A stretch of 60,857 nt of DNA, from sequence record SRR31156797_528; one strand, given 5' to 3'. Positions within the stretch are counted from its first letter, which is position 1. Each line of letters begins with the position of its first letter. A program made the translations under genes and the position numbers. Under the pieces are notes generated by a model that was given only the letters and a program-made list of their open reading frames with translations, ran no database searches and was not told where the DNA came from. Positions 48,775 to 58,377 of the stretch are shown here, piece by piece.

Positions 48775-49530
48775 TTATAATTGTATTTCTGATACGTTTG
48801 GCATGTTAATATTAAACAAATTCTTAGAAATTTCATAAGCCATAATATAATGCCCATCTTTTCCAGGATGAATACCATCTCCATATTCGTAACTTGGATT
48901 CTCTTTGCGTTTTAATTGAATATAGGATTTTAATGGTGTATGCAAATCAATACTGTGATAGATTTCTTTGATATTGGATTGTAAAATCCACTGGGAATAC
49001 TTTTTCAATACATCATCATATCCTTCATATGGTACAGGATATTTCGAGCTGTCATCTGATGGAGCTTTCTTTGCTGCTAATTCAAAGTAAGATTTTGCAT
49101 CAAATGGCGGTGGTGTTAAGGTGATGATTTTGACATCAAGTTTTTTCAGCCGTTGAACTAGTCTATTGATACCATTTTTGTATGCATTAAAGTACTCATC
49201 TGAATACGGTTCATAAATACCATCATTCATTCCATAGCAAAGTATAACATCAGTTATATCATCATACAGAGCTAGAACTTCTTCCAGTCTTTCAAATAAA
49301 TTTGGTCTAGGCAGAGGTCTAGTAGCTTCACATAATCCTGATACGGTCTCTCCGCTGCGTCCGTGCTGATAGAACACAACGGAGTGATTTGGATATTGTT
49401 TAGTTAAATTCTCCTCAATATAATTAATATAATGTCCAATATAGGTTATACTATTGCCAAGAACTAATATACGGTGAGGTTGGGATAAGTCTAGTACTGC
49501 AGATGCTGATTGTTTGTCTTCAGTTTTCAC
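48775..49530 (-). CDS. SGNH/GDSL esterase
   Basis: LGNSIT, GRSGET, GMND, DGIHP; GTG start overlaps the GH29 stop. Confidence 0.87.
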   Translation of the reverse strand: MKTEDKQSASAVLDLSQPHRILVLGNSITYIGHYINYIEENLTKQYPNHSVVFYQHGRSGETVSGLCEATRPLPRPNLFERLEEVLALYDDITDVILCYGMNDGIYEPYSDEYFNAYKNGINRLVQRLKKLDVKIITLTPPPFDAKSYFELAAKKAPSDDSSKYPVPYEGYDDVLKKYSQWILQSNIKEIYHSIDLHTPLKSYIQLKRKENPSYEYGDGIHPGKDGHYIMAYEISKNLFNINMPNVSEIQL

Positions 49531-50963
49531 TTATTTGTACCTGTTATCTTCAAGACATAAGCATGAGACTGTGTATATTCATTTGGCAGCTCAATAGATA
49601 GTCCAGCTTCATCACGTGTCCACTTTAGCTCTGCTTTACCGTTAATCAAATCAATTTGCTTGATATCTTCAAAAGGCAGTGTTTCCTGTGAGGACAACTT
49701 TTCAAGTGTAATACCATTATCAGGCCAGCCTAACATAATAGCGTAAAGCACATTTCCTTTTTTAGTATATCTAATATCTTTTGATGTAAATTCTTTAATG
49801 TCTCTTTCGTTTAGGTCAGGCTCTTCAAAGCGATTTGTACCTTCGCCGTAGTATTTATAGGCACGTGTTCCGTATATAGCCTCTCCATGAGCTTTTAGCC
49901 AATCACCGACTTCAAATAAGATTTTTTGTGCACCCTCAGGGAAAGTACCATCTTGCTTAGGACCTACATTTAATATCAGATTACCGTTTTTGGCAACTAC
50001 ATCTGCCAGCTGATGGATTATACGTTTAGCTGATTTGTAGTCTGGTGTTTTTACATGACACCATGTATTCCAATCCAGTTTATCATCTGTCTGCCAGTAG
50101 AAGTCAGGAGCTTCAGCGAAACGGCTACATTCCATATCATGGACAGCTGTTCCTTCTGGGAAGTCTTCCTGCTTATAAGTAACTAGTACATCCATATTAT
50201 TTTTATCAGCGAAATCATAATAGAATTTTATGAATTCTTTTCGGTATGATTCCTTGATTATATTTACCCTGCTGTCAAAGTACACCATATCAGGCTTGTA
50301 CTGAATAACAACTTCCTTTGATTTATCAAGCCAGTTTTGGCAGAAAGCATCATCAGGCATAGGATATGGGATATATTGTATTGCACTATATGGCAGAATA
50401 GGACCGTAGAATTTCTCGTTTTGGGGATCATAGACATCGGCTTCAGGATCACTTGACATAAACCAGCCCCATAACCAAGAGTGATGAAGTGATGTCAGGA
50501 AAGGTATATTTTTCTTGCGGAAAGCTGCTTCCAGTTCTCCGACAATATCACGATGGATACCGAAATTTACTGAGTTTACAGGGTTCACTTTGCTGTCCCA
50601 CATAGCGAAACCATCACCGTGCTCAGCAACAGGACCTGCATATTTCGCTCCAGAGCGTTCAATGAAATCAATCCATATATCTGGATTGAAATTCTCACCT
50701 TTTAATTGGTCATGAAAATCCTTGTAACCAAAATCGCTTAATGGACCATAGGTTTCAACATGATGCTTGTTAGCTGTATGACCCTTTGTATAGATATTTC
50801 TGGAGTACCATTCATTTTCCCATTCTGGTACACTGTAAGGACCCCAGTGGAAAAATAGTCCAAACTTTGCGTCTTTAAACCATTCTGGTGCTTTTTTATA
50901 TAATCCGCTCCAATCCAAGGTAACTTCGTTAGTGCTTCTAAGCCTCTCCATCATTAGTTCCAT
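49527..50963 (-). CDS. GH29 alpha-L-fucosidase
   Basis: WFKDAKFGLFFHWG, GAKY..VAEHGDGF, YFD nucleophile region, KNGNLILNVGP, GEAIYGTR; ATG 50963 after AGGAG. Confidence 0.93.
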   Translation of the reverse strand: MELMMERLRSTNEVTLDWSGLYKKAPEWFKDAKFGLFFHWGPYSVPEWENEWYSRNIYTKGHTANKHHVETYGPLSDFGYKDFHDQLKGENFNPDIWIDFIERSGAKYAGPVAEHGDGFAMWDSKVNPVNSVNFGIHRDIVGELEAAFRKKNIPFLTSLHHSWLWGWFMSSDPEADVYDPQNEKFYGPILPYSAIQYIPYPMPDDAFCQNWLDKSKEVVIQYKPDMVYFDSRVNIIKESYRKEFIKFYYDFADKNNMDVLVTYKQEDFPEGTAVHDMECSRFAEAPDFYWQTDDKLDWNTWCHVKTPDYKSAKRIIHQLADVVAKNGNLILNVGPKQDGTFPEGAQKILFEVGDWLKAHGEAIYGTRAYKYYGEGTNRFEEPDLNERDIKEFTSKDIRYTKKGNVLYAIMLGWPDNGITLEKLSSQETLPFEDIKQIDLINGKAELKWTRDEAGLSIELPNEYTQSHAYVLKITGTNK

Positions 50964-51276
50964 AATAATCTCCTGAGTGTAAATATTTTTTATTAACAGA
51001 CAATTCATTTTATACCAAAATGTTAATTAATGATATTGACTGTTTTTATATTTATATAAATAATTTAATGAAATACAATATTATTATTCGAACAAAGTGC
51101 TCAATAAATTCGTGTAATTAGTCATTTGGTATAATCAGAATATAAAAAAATATTTAATATCTGAAGTAATAATTGATAATTATTAAGGACTTGATATAAT
51201 ATATTTTGGATGTATTCCAACTTAATTTACAAAATTCAATCTGGAAAAAATCACTATATAATAAGGGGAAATAAAA

Positions 51277-52125
51277 ATGGAAATAAGAAATGTGGACCTG
51301 TACAAGGTGTTTGACAAAGAAAGACAGACAGACGCAAGAGGATTCCTAAGGAGCTATCAGCCGGAAATAACTAAGGATATAAATGCTGATAGAACTCATC
51401 CTGCAGTGCTTATTATACCCGGTGGCGGTTATGGGTATGTTTCACCGAGAGAAGCAGAACCTATAGCATTAAGGTATCTAGCTAAGGGATTCGCAGCGTA
51501 TATTCTGGATTATTCCGTGGCACCGTTTAAATACCCTACGGCATTTTTAGAAGCTAGCATGGCTATGCTGTATCTAAGGGATAATTGCAATAGTCTTGCA
51601 CTAAACAAAGAGAGAATCGCTGCTATCGGATTTTCTGCCGGCGGACATCTATGCGGATGTTTGGCAACTCTTTTTGATGACGAAATTATTAATGATAATC
51701 TAGGTAATGTAAATGATAAAGTACGCCCAGATGCGGTTATACTATCTTATCCTGTAATTACATCAGGAATAAAATCTCATAGAGGATCATTTGATAATCT
51801 ATGCGGAAATGATGAAGATTTGAAGAAAAAGCTTTCCTTAGAGAACTGCGTAACGAAGAATTCAGCACCAGCATTTATCTGGCATACTTTTGAGGATGGT
51901 GCAGTACCTGTACTGAATAGCCTTTTGATAGCTCAAGCATATGAGAGCCAAGGAGTTCCTTTCAATTTGCATATATACGAAAAAGGAGGCCATGGGGTTT
52001 CTACAGCAGATTTATCAAGCAACCATGCAGATAAATTACCTGATGTAAGCACCAGCTTAAAGGGATGGGTCGATATGAGTATTGACTGGCTGATTGACAG
52101 AGGATTTACTGTAAAGGATAAATAA
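51277..52125 (+). CDS. Alpha/beta hydrolase, acetyl/feruloyl esterase-like
   Basis: PGGGY oxyanion hole, GFSAGG nucleophile, EDGAV, GHG. Confidence 0.9.
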   Translation: MEIRNVDLYKVFDKERQTDARGFLRSYQPEITKDINADRTHPAVLIIPGGGYGYVSPREAEPIALRYLAKGFAAYILDYSVAPFKYPTAFLEASMAMLYLRDNCNSLALNKERIAAIGFSAGGHLCGCLATLFDDEIINDNLGNVNDKVRPDAVILSYPVITSGIKSHRGSFDNLCGNDEDLKKKLSLENCVTKNSAPAFIWHTFEDGAVPVLNSLLIAQAYESQGVPFNLHIYEKGGHGVSTADLSSNHADKLPDVSTSLKGWVDMSIDWLIDRGFTVKDK

Positions 52126-52703
52126 TTTTGTAGTAGATTTATGTAGGTTACAGTTTGAAATCTGTAGGAAAATTGGATTTGATGTAATAAGTTTTGATGG
52201 TTTTATTCTGTAGCCGCTGATGTATGTTGAAGAACATATGATAAAGTCAAGTGTATTTAGAAGGATTATGTCAACTCTGAAATGAATGATATTTCTGACA
52301 ATTCATTGTCTAGTTTGAAGCTAGCTTTTATTGACTGAACTTTCAGATGTTATATTTGTATTAAATTATTTAGAATCCTGCTTTTATTAATGTTGATACC
52401 ATTATAATAATTGCATTATACATAAATGTTTGGTATGATAACTATGTGAAATAAAACGCAAAGTGACATATGTCCATTTGGGATGTATTGTTTATCATTA
52501 TGTTTATGATTTGATACTTATTCGTACAAAATGAAGTTGACATTTATAATCAGCTTTATAAAATATAAAAATTTAATATTTATTTCCGTAATGCTGTTTG
52601 TATTAATTACATTTGGTTTATGCTACTGATTTTTCTGTCCATTAAAAGAAATATCTTTCATAGTCTGATAAATAATTGCATAGCATTACATTAAAATCTT
52701 TTA

Positions 52704-52721
52704 TTGTGAAATATTTAACAA
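52704..52721. promoter_or_regulatory. Rex (NADH/NAD+ sensor) operator
   Basis: TTGTGAA-ATAT-TTAACAA matches the Rex consensus TTGT(G/T)AA-N4-TT(C/A)ACAA, ~115 bp upstream of hydC. Confidence 0.8.
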
Positions 52722-52837
52722 AGGCAAATTTTGTCTTTGTTTGTGAAGTGATTTTAGAATGCAGAAATATTGATTTCTCAACTAATGGCATGCACTTAAG
52801 ACGACTCAATAAACGACAAAAATGTACGGAGGTAAAT

Positions 52838-53335
52838 ATGCAAGAAGCCCAACAACACAACTGCCATGAACTAGATAACGAAGAACAATACAGATTGTTG
52901 AAGGACGTTATTTCTCAGTTTGATGGCGATGAAAAAAATCTTATTCAGATTCTGCACATGGCACAGGCTATTTTTGGTTGTCTGCCGCTGGATGTGCAGA
53001 AATTCATTGCACAGGAAATGAATATCCCGTTGTCAAGAGTAAGCGGGGTAATCACTTTTTACTCATTCTTTTCAACACAGCCCAAAGGCAAACATACAAT
53101 TCAGATATGTCTTGGTACAGCTTGCTATGTTCGAGGCGGCAAGAAGATTGTTGATAAACTCAAAGAACTCCTAAACGTAGATGTCGGATTAACAACTGAA
53201 GATGGTAAATTCTCTTTGGAAGTAATGAGATGTATCGGAGCTTGCGGGTTAGCACCGGCAATATGTATTGACGATACTGTTTACAAGAGAGTAAATCCCA
53301 ACAAGATTAAAGACATCTTAGAAAAATATGAGTAG
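52838..53335 (+). CDS. hydC: [FeFe]-hydrogenase gamma subunit (NuoE-like, [2Fe-2S])
   Basis: LIQILHMAQ, VITFYSFF, CLGTACYVRG, CIGACGLAP; ATG 52838 after GGAGG. Confidence 0.9.
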   Translation: MQEAQQHNCHELDNEEQYRLLKDVISQFDGDEKNLIQILHMAQAIFGCLPLDVQKFIAQEMNIPLSRVSGVITFYSFFSTQPKGKHTIQICLGTACYVRGGKKIVDKLKELLNVDVGLTTEDGKFSLEVMRCIGACGLAPAICIDDTVYKRVNPNKIKDILEKYE

Positions 53336-56300
53336 GGAGGTAATAATGGATAAAGTTATAAAAAATATAGAAGATTTGAAGAATATAAAATCAGATTTTA
53401 TTAATTCAGAGAAAGATTATGACAAAAGCGTACTTGTTTGCTATGGGGCCAGTTGTATTTCTTCAGACTGTAAAGAAGTAAAAGAGGCACTGGAATTAAG
53501 CATAAAGGAAAATGGCATAGAAGAAAAAATCAGAGTAAAGCTAACAGGCTGTATGGGAACTTGCGCTGTAGGACCAACTATGATAATACAGCCGGAAGGC
53601 GTATTTTACTGCTCTCTTACACCAGAGAAAGTTGATAAAATTGTAAAAGATCACCTGATTGGCGGCGAGATTGTAGAAGAATTCTGCTATGTGGATAAAA
53701 ATACTAATGAAACAGTCCCATATGTAAAAGACATAGAGTACTTCAAGAGACAATTAAAGATAGTTATGAAGAATTGCGGCTCAATAGATTTCAGCTCTTT
53801 AGATGAATATATTGCAAATGATGGATATCTTGCTCTAAACAAAGTCATAAACGAGCAAAGTCCTGAGGAAGTAATTGATATTATTAAGAAATCAGGCTTA
53901 AGAGGCAGAGGCGGCGGCGGATTTCCAACAGGATTGAAGTGGGCATTAGCCCGCAAAACACCAACCGATGAAAAATATATTATATGTAACGCTGACGAAG
54001 GCGACCCTGGTGCATTTATGGATAGATGTCTGGTGGAAGGTGATGCTTACTTAGTTATTGAGGGAATGACAATTGCGGGATATGCGGTAGGTGCAGGTAA
54101 AGGCGTTGTTTACGTTCGTGCAGAGTACCCTGTTGCAATAGAAAGACTTAATGCAGCTATAAAAAATGCGAGAGAAACAGGATTATTAGGAAAAGATATA
54201 TTAGGTTCAGGTTTTGAATTTGATATTGAAATAAGAATTGGTGCAGGCGCATTTGTATGCGGTGAAGAAACAGCTTTGATTTCATCGATAGAAGGAAAAA
54301 GAGGAGAACCAAAACAAAAGCCTCCTTATCCATCAGATAAAGGATTGTACGGTAAACCTTCTATTATCAATAATGTTGAAACTTTCGGAAACATTGCAAC
54401 TATTATCCTAAAAGGTGCTGACTGGTTTAGAGGCATCGGTACGGAAAAAAGCCCAGGAACAAAGGTATTTGCATTAGCAGGTGATATTAACAATACTGGT
54501 ATTATTGAAGTGCCTATGGGTACTACATTAGGTGAGATTATTTTTGATATCGGTGGTGGAATACCTAATGAAAAGAAATTCAAAGTAGCTCAGACAGGAG
54601 GGCCTTCAGGAGGCTGTCTGACATCGGAGCACTTAAATGCTAAGGCTGATTATGATTCACTAGTTGAACTAGGTGCTATCATGGGTTCAGGCGGACTTAT
54701 CTGTATGGATGAAGATACATGTATGGTGGATGTTGCAAGGTATTTCATGGAATTTGTTCAGGAAGAATCCTGCGGTAAATGTGTAGCCTGCAGACTGGGC
54801 ACAAAGCGTATGCTGGAAATATTAGAAAATATAACACAAGGTAAAGGCAAGGAAGGCGATGTAGAGCTTTTGGTTGAGTTAGGATTAACCATCAAGGATA
54901 CAGCTCTTTGCGGTTTAGGACAGACAGCTCCGAATCCTGTTTTATCTACAATTAAATATTTCCGAGATGAATATGATGAACATATAAGGAACAAAAAATG
55001 CAGAGCTGGTGTCTGCGGAGATATGTTCATTTCCCCATGTGAAAATGCATGTCCTGCTGGTGTAAATGTACCCGGATATGTTGCCCTTATTGCTGCTGGC
55101 AGAGCAAAAGATGCTTATAGGTTGATTCGTCAGGAGAATCCTTTCCCATCTGTGTGTGGTAGGGTATGCACACATCCATGCGAGTCAAGGTGCAGGCGTG
55201 CACAGCTTGACGATCCAATTGCAATTGCAGATTTGAAGCGTTACGCAGCTGATGAAATGATGAAATCAGACGAACCATTCTCAGAATTAATTTTCCCCAA
55301 AAACAATAAATCAATTGGTATAGTTGGTGCAGGCCCTTCAGGATTAACATGCGGTTATTATCTGGCAAAGCTAGGTTATGATGTAACAGTTTATGAAGAA
55401 CAGCCAACCCCAGGCGGTATGCTGGCTGTAGGTATTCCTGAATACCGTATGCCCAAGGAAATTTTACAAAAAGAGATTAATACCATACGTCAGGTGGGTG
55501 TGAATATTCTCTGCGATACAAAAGTAGGCGAAGATATTACTTTTGAAGAATTAAAAGAAAAGCACAATGCAGTATACATTGCTACTGGTACTCAACACTC
55601 CAGAAAGATTGGTATTGAGGGTGAAGACCTAGAGGGTGTTTACCACGGACTTGATTTCCTAAAAGATGTTAACCTTAATAAAATCGACAAGATTGACGGA
55701 GTGACGGCAGTAATCGGGGGAGGTAATACAGCTATTGATGCAGCAAGAACTGCTAGGAGAATGGGGGCGAAAGAGGTTCACATCTTCTACCGGAGAGCAA
55801 TATCAGATATGCCTGCTGACAAGCGTGAAATACGTGATGCCATTGAAGAGGGTATTGTGATTCATGAAATGATGGCACCGGTAAAAATGGCTGGAGATGA
55901 TAAAGTTACTGGTATCACATTCCAGCAAATGAAATTTGAAGGTTTTGACAGAAGCGGTCGTAAAGTGCCAAAAGTCATTGAAAACAGAGAGTTCACGTTC
56001 AATGCAGACTTGATAATCCCAGCTGTGAGTCAATATTCAGATTTACCATTTGTAAGCAAAGATGAAGTTGAAGTAACAAAGTGGGGCACATTCGTAATCG
56101 ACTCTGATACTATGATGACTACTATGTCCAGCGTCTTCGCAGGCGGAGATGTAGTAAGGGGTGCAGATGTCGTTATTACAGCTATTGCTGACGGTAAAAA
56201 TGCAGCACGTTACATAGACCTGTATTTAGGCGGAAAAGGTGAACTGAATAAAGGTGAAAAGATTGACATACCAGTGCCTATGGATGATGATGAACTTGTA

Positions 56301-56438
56301 GAGCATGATCGGTTTGAGATGAAATATCTTGACCCTGAATACAGGAAGAATAATTGTGAGGAAGTTGCTCTTGGTTTCCACAAGCTAAACGCTGTAGCGG
56401 AAGCAATGCGCTGTCTCAGATGCGACAGAAGGCAGTAA
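53328..56438 (+). CDS. hydB: [FeFe]-hydrogenase beta subunit (NuoF-like) fused to a GltD/NfnB-like FAD/NADPH oxidoreductase module
   Basis: N-terminal thioredoxin-like 2Fe domain, GLRGRGGGGFPTG, NADEGDPGAFMDR, GGPSGG, ESCGKCVACR; then PCENACP, CGRVCTHPCE..C, VGAGPSG, IGGGNTA, YRR, FAGGD, RCLRC. Confidence 0.9.
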   Translation: MSREVIMDKVIKNIEDLKNIKSDFINSEKDYDKSVLVCYGASCISSDCKEVKEALELSIKENGIEEKIRVKLTGCMGTCAVGPTMIIQPEGVFYCSLTPEKVDKIVKDHLIGGEIVEEFCYVDKNTNETVPYVKDIEYFKRQLKIVMKNCGSIDFSSLDEYIANDGYLALNKVINEQSPEEVIDIIKKSGLRGRGGGGFPTGLKWALARKTPTDEKYIICNADEGDPGAFMDRCLVEGDAYLVIEGMTIAGYAVGAGKGVVYVRAEYPVAIERLNAAIKNARETGLLGKDILGSGFEFDIEIRIGAGAFVCGEETALISSIEGKRGEPKQKPPYPSDKGLYGKPSIINNVETFGNIATIILKGADWFRGIGTEKSPGTKVFALAGDINNTGIIEVPMGTTLGEIIFDIGGGIPNEKKFKVAQTGGPSGGCLTSEHLNAKADYDSLVELGAIMGSGGLICMDEDTCMVDVARYFMEFVQEESCGKCVACRLGTKRMLEILENITQGKGKEGDVELLVELGLTIKDTALCGLGQTAPNPVLSTIKYFRDEYDEHIRNKKCRAGVCGDMFISPCENACPAGVNVPGYVALIAAGRAKDAYRLIRQENPFPSVCGRVCTHPCESRCRRAQLDDPIAIADLKRYAADEMMKSDEPFSELIFPKNNKSIGIVGAGPSGLTCGYYLAKLGYDVTVYEEQPTPGGMLAVGIPEYRMPKEILQKEINTIRQVGVNILCDTKVGEDITFEELKEKHNAVYIATGTQHSRKIGIEGEDLEGVYHGLDFLKDVNLNKIDKIDGVTAVIGGGNTAIDAARTARRMGAKEVHIFYRRAISDMPADKREIRDAIEEGIVIHEMMAPVKMAGDDKVTGITFQQMKFEGFDRSGRKVPKVIENREFTFNADLIIPAVSQYSDLPFVSKDEVEVTKWGTFVIDSDTMMTTMSSVFAGGDVVRGADVVITAIADGKNAARYIDLYLGGKGELNKGEKIDIPVPMDDDELVEHDRFEMKYLDPEYRKNNCEEVALGFHKLNAVAEAMRCLRCDRRQ

Positions 56439-56450
56439 GGGGGATTAAAT

Positions 56451-58274
56451 ATGATTAACTTAAAAATTAATGGTAAAGACATACAAGCCAAAGAGGGTAC
56501 AACAATCCTTAAGGCAGCAAAGGATAGTAATATTACAATACCCAGCCTTTGTCATCTGGAGAATATACATGAATTTGGATCCTGCAGAATATGCGTAGTA
56601 GAAGTAGAGGGTGCGAAAGCACTACAGGCTTCATGCGTAACTCCAGTCTCTGAAGGCATGGTAGTTCATACAAATTCGGCAAGGGTGAGAAACAGACGAA
56701 AAGTACTATATGAATTAATATTATCTGATCATCCAAAGGACTGCCTAAGCTGCGGACGAAACGGAGAATGTGAGCTGCAGGAATTGGGAGAAACTATTAT
56801 GGTAGATAAGACCAGATTTGATGGAGAGAAATCTAAATTCAAAGCTGATGAATCAAGCCCGTCTATAGTACGTGATGCTTCAAAATGTATCCTATGCAGA
56901 AGATGTGTTACAATTTGTAATGAGGTGCAGGGATTAGGGATTCTGAATGCTCAGTCAAGAGGTTTTGCTACTGAAATAGGTCCTGGAAATGATTCTTTGC
57001 TTGGTACTGTTTCCTGCTCAAACTGTGGTCAGTGTACTGTAGTATGCCCTGTTAATGCATTGCATGAGAAGGATTCTCTGGAAGAAGTATGGCAGGCATT
57101 AGCAGATGATTCCAAAATTGTTGTAGTACAGACTGCTCCAGCTATTCGTGCTGCACTAGGTGAAGAATTTGGGTATCCTATTGGCACTTCAGTTACAGGT
57201 AAGATGGTTTCAGCTCTTCGTCAGATTGGATTTGATCATGTTTTTGACACGAATTTCACCGCAGATTTAACCATTATGGAAGAAGGAACTGAATTCCTAT
57301 CAAGGATAGTCAGTTATTTCTATTCTTTGGGTAAAATAACGGATGAGCAGGTGGAAGCTCTGGGAATGAAGGAGCATATCAAAGAGCCTGTTTTGCCTAT
57401 GATTACGTCTTGCAGTCCTGGTTGGATAAAATTTATTGAACACTATTATAGTGACAATTTGGGTAATTTATCAACATGTAAATCTCCTCATACTATGCTA
57501 GGAGCTTTGGTTAAGTCTTTCTTTGCAAAGAAAATTGGTGCTAAACCAGAGGATATGTATGTAGTATCGATTATGCCTTGTACTGCAAAGAAATTCGAGA
57601 TTACACGTCCTGAAATGCAGAATGATGATGCAATGAATGTTGATGCAGTATTGACAACTCGTGAGCTTGGTCGAATGATAAAGCAGGCAGGTATAGATTT
57701 TACTAGTCTTGATGATGACAAATTTGATTCACCAATGGGATTGTCTACAGGTGCTGCAGATATATTTGGTACAACCGGTGGTGTAATGGAAGCTGCATTA
57801 AGAACTGTATACGAAATCATCACAGGTCGTGAACTGCCATTTGAGCAATTGCATGTAACTCCAATAGTTGGTCTGGAGAAGATAAAGACTGCTGCAATAA
57901 CATTTCAAGATGTATTGCCTGCATGGTCATTCTTAAATGATGTAGAGGTAAAGGTAGCTGTAACATCAGGTTTAAGCGGTGCAGCGACATTACTTGATGA
58001 GGTGAAAGACGGAGAAAGTCCATATCTGTTTATAGAAGTTATGGGTTGCCCAGGTGGTTGTATAACAGGAGGAGGACAGCCTAGAAGTGATGATGTAGAG
58101 GTGCGTAGAAAAAGAATGGAATCTTTGTATGCAGAGGATGAGGGTAAGCCTTTACGTAAGAGTCACAATAACCCTGATATTGAAAAACTCTATAAGGAAT
58201 TCTTGGGTAAACCTTTAGGTCATATATCTCATGAACTGCTGCACACTCATTATACCAGAAGAGATAAATATTAA
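56451..58274 (+). CDS. hydA: [FeFe]-hydrogenase catalytic subunit (group A, M3 architecture)
   Basis: N-terminal 2Fe-2S, His-ligated and 2x4Fe-4S motifs; H-cluster motifs TSCSPGW, MPCTAKKFE, EVMGCPGGCITGGGQP; C-terminal ELLHTHY. Confidence 0.95.
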   Translation: MINLKINGKDIQAKEGTTILKAAKDSNITIPSLCHLENIHEFGSCRICVVEVEGAKALQASCVTPVSEGMVVHTNSARVRNRRKVLYELILSDHPKDCLSCGRNGECELQELGETIMVDKTRFDGEKSKFKADESSPSIVRDASKCILCRRCVTICNEVQGLGILNAQSRGFATEIGPGNDSLLGTVSCSNCGQCTVVCPVNALHEKDSLEEVWQALADDSKIVVVQTAPAIRAALGEEFGYPIGTSVTGKMVSALRQIGFDHVFDTNFTADLTIMEEGTEFLSRIVSYFYSLGKITDEQVEALGMKEHIKEPVLPMITSCSPGWIKFIEHYYSDNLGNLSTCKSPHTMLGALVKSFFAKKIGAKPEDMYVVSIMPCTAKKFEITRPEMQNDDAMNVDAVLTTRELGRMIKQAGIDFTSLDDDKFDSPMGLSTGAADIFGTTGGVMEAALRTVYEIITGRELPFEQLHVTPIVGLEKIKTAAITFQDVLPAWSFLNDVEVKVAVTSGLSGAATLLDEVKDGESPYLFIEVMGCPGGCITGGGQPRSDDVEVRRKRMESLYAEDEGKPLRKSHNNPDIEKLYKEFLGKPLGHISHELLHTHYTRRDKY

Positions 58275-58310
58275 AATTAATCTCATAAACTGATATTAGC
58301 TAATAAAAAT

Positions 58311-58352
58311 ATCGCTGTAAACACAAAGTTTTTATCTTAGGTTTACAGCGAT
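58311..58352. terminator. Bidirectional terminator
   Basis: ATCGCTGTAAAC / GTTTACAGCGAT 12-bp stem flanked by A/T tracts. Confidence 0.7.
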
Positions 58353-58377
58353 TTATTTGTTTCAAAAAGATTTGATA

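Noticed and set aside
51011-51133. Imperfect inverted repeats (TATACCAAA...TTTGGTATA) resembling MITE ends
   Set aside because: Better explained as extended -10 boxes (TGGTATAA) of divergent promoters; no target-site duplication seen
52676-52837. N-terminal extensions in the ORF track (HydC; likewise LysR, GH43, GH42, second GH106, GH29, ZnuA)
   Set aside because: Downstream starts have better RBSs and/or match family N-termini, and the HydC extension overlaps the Rex box
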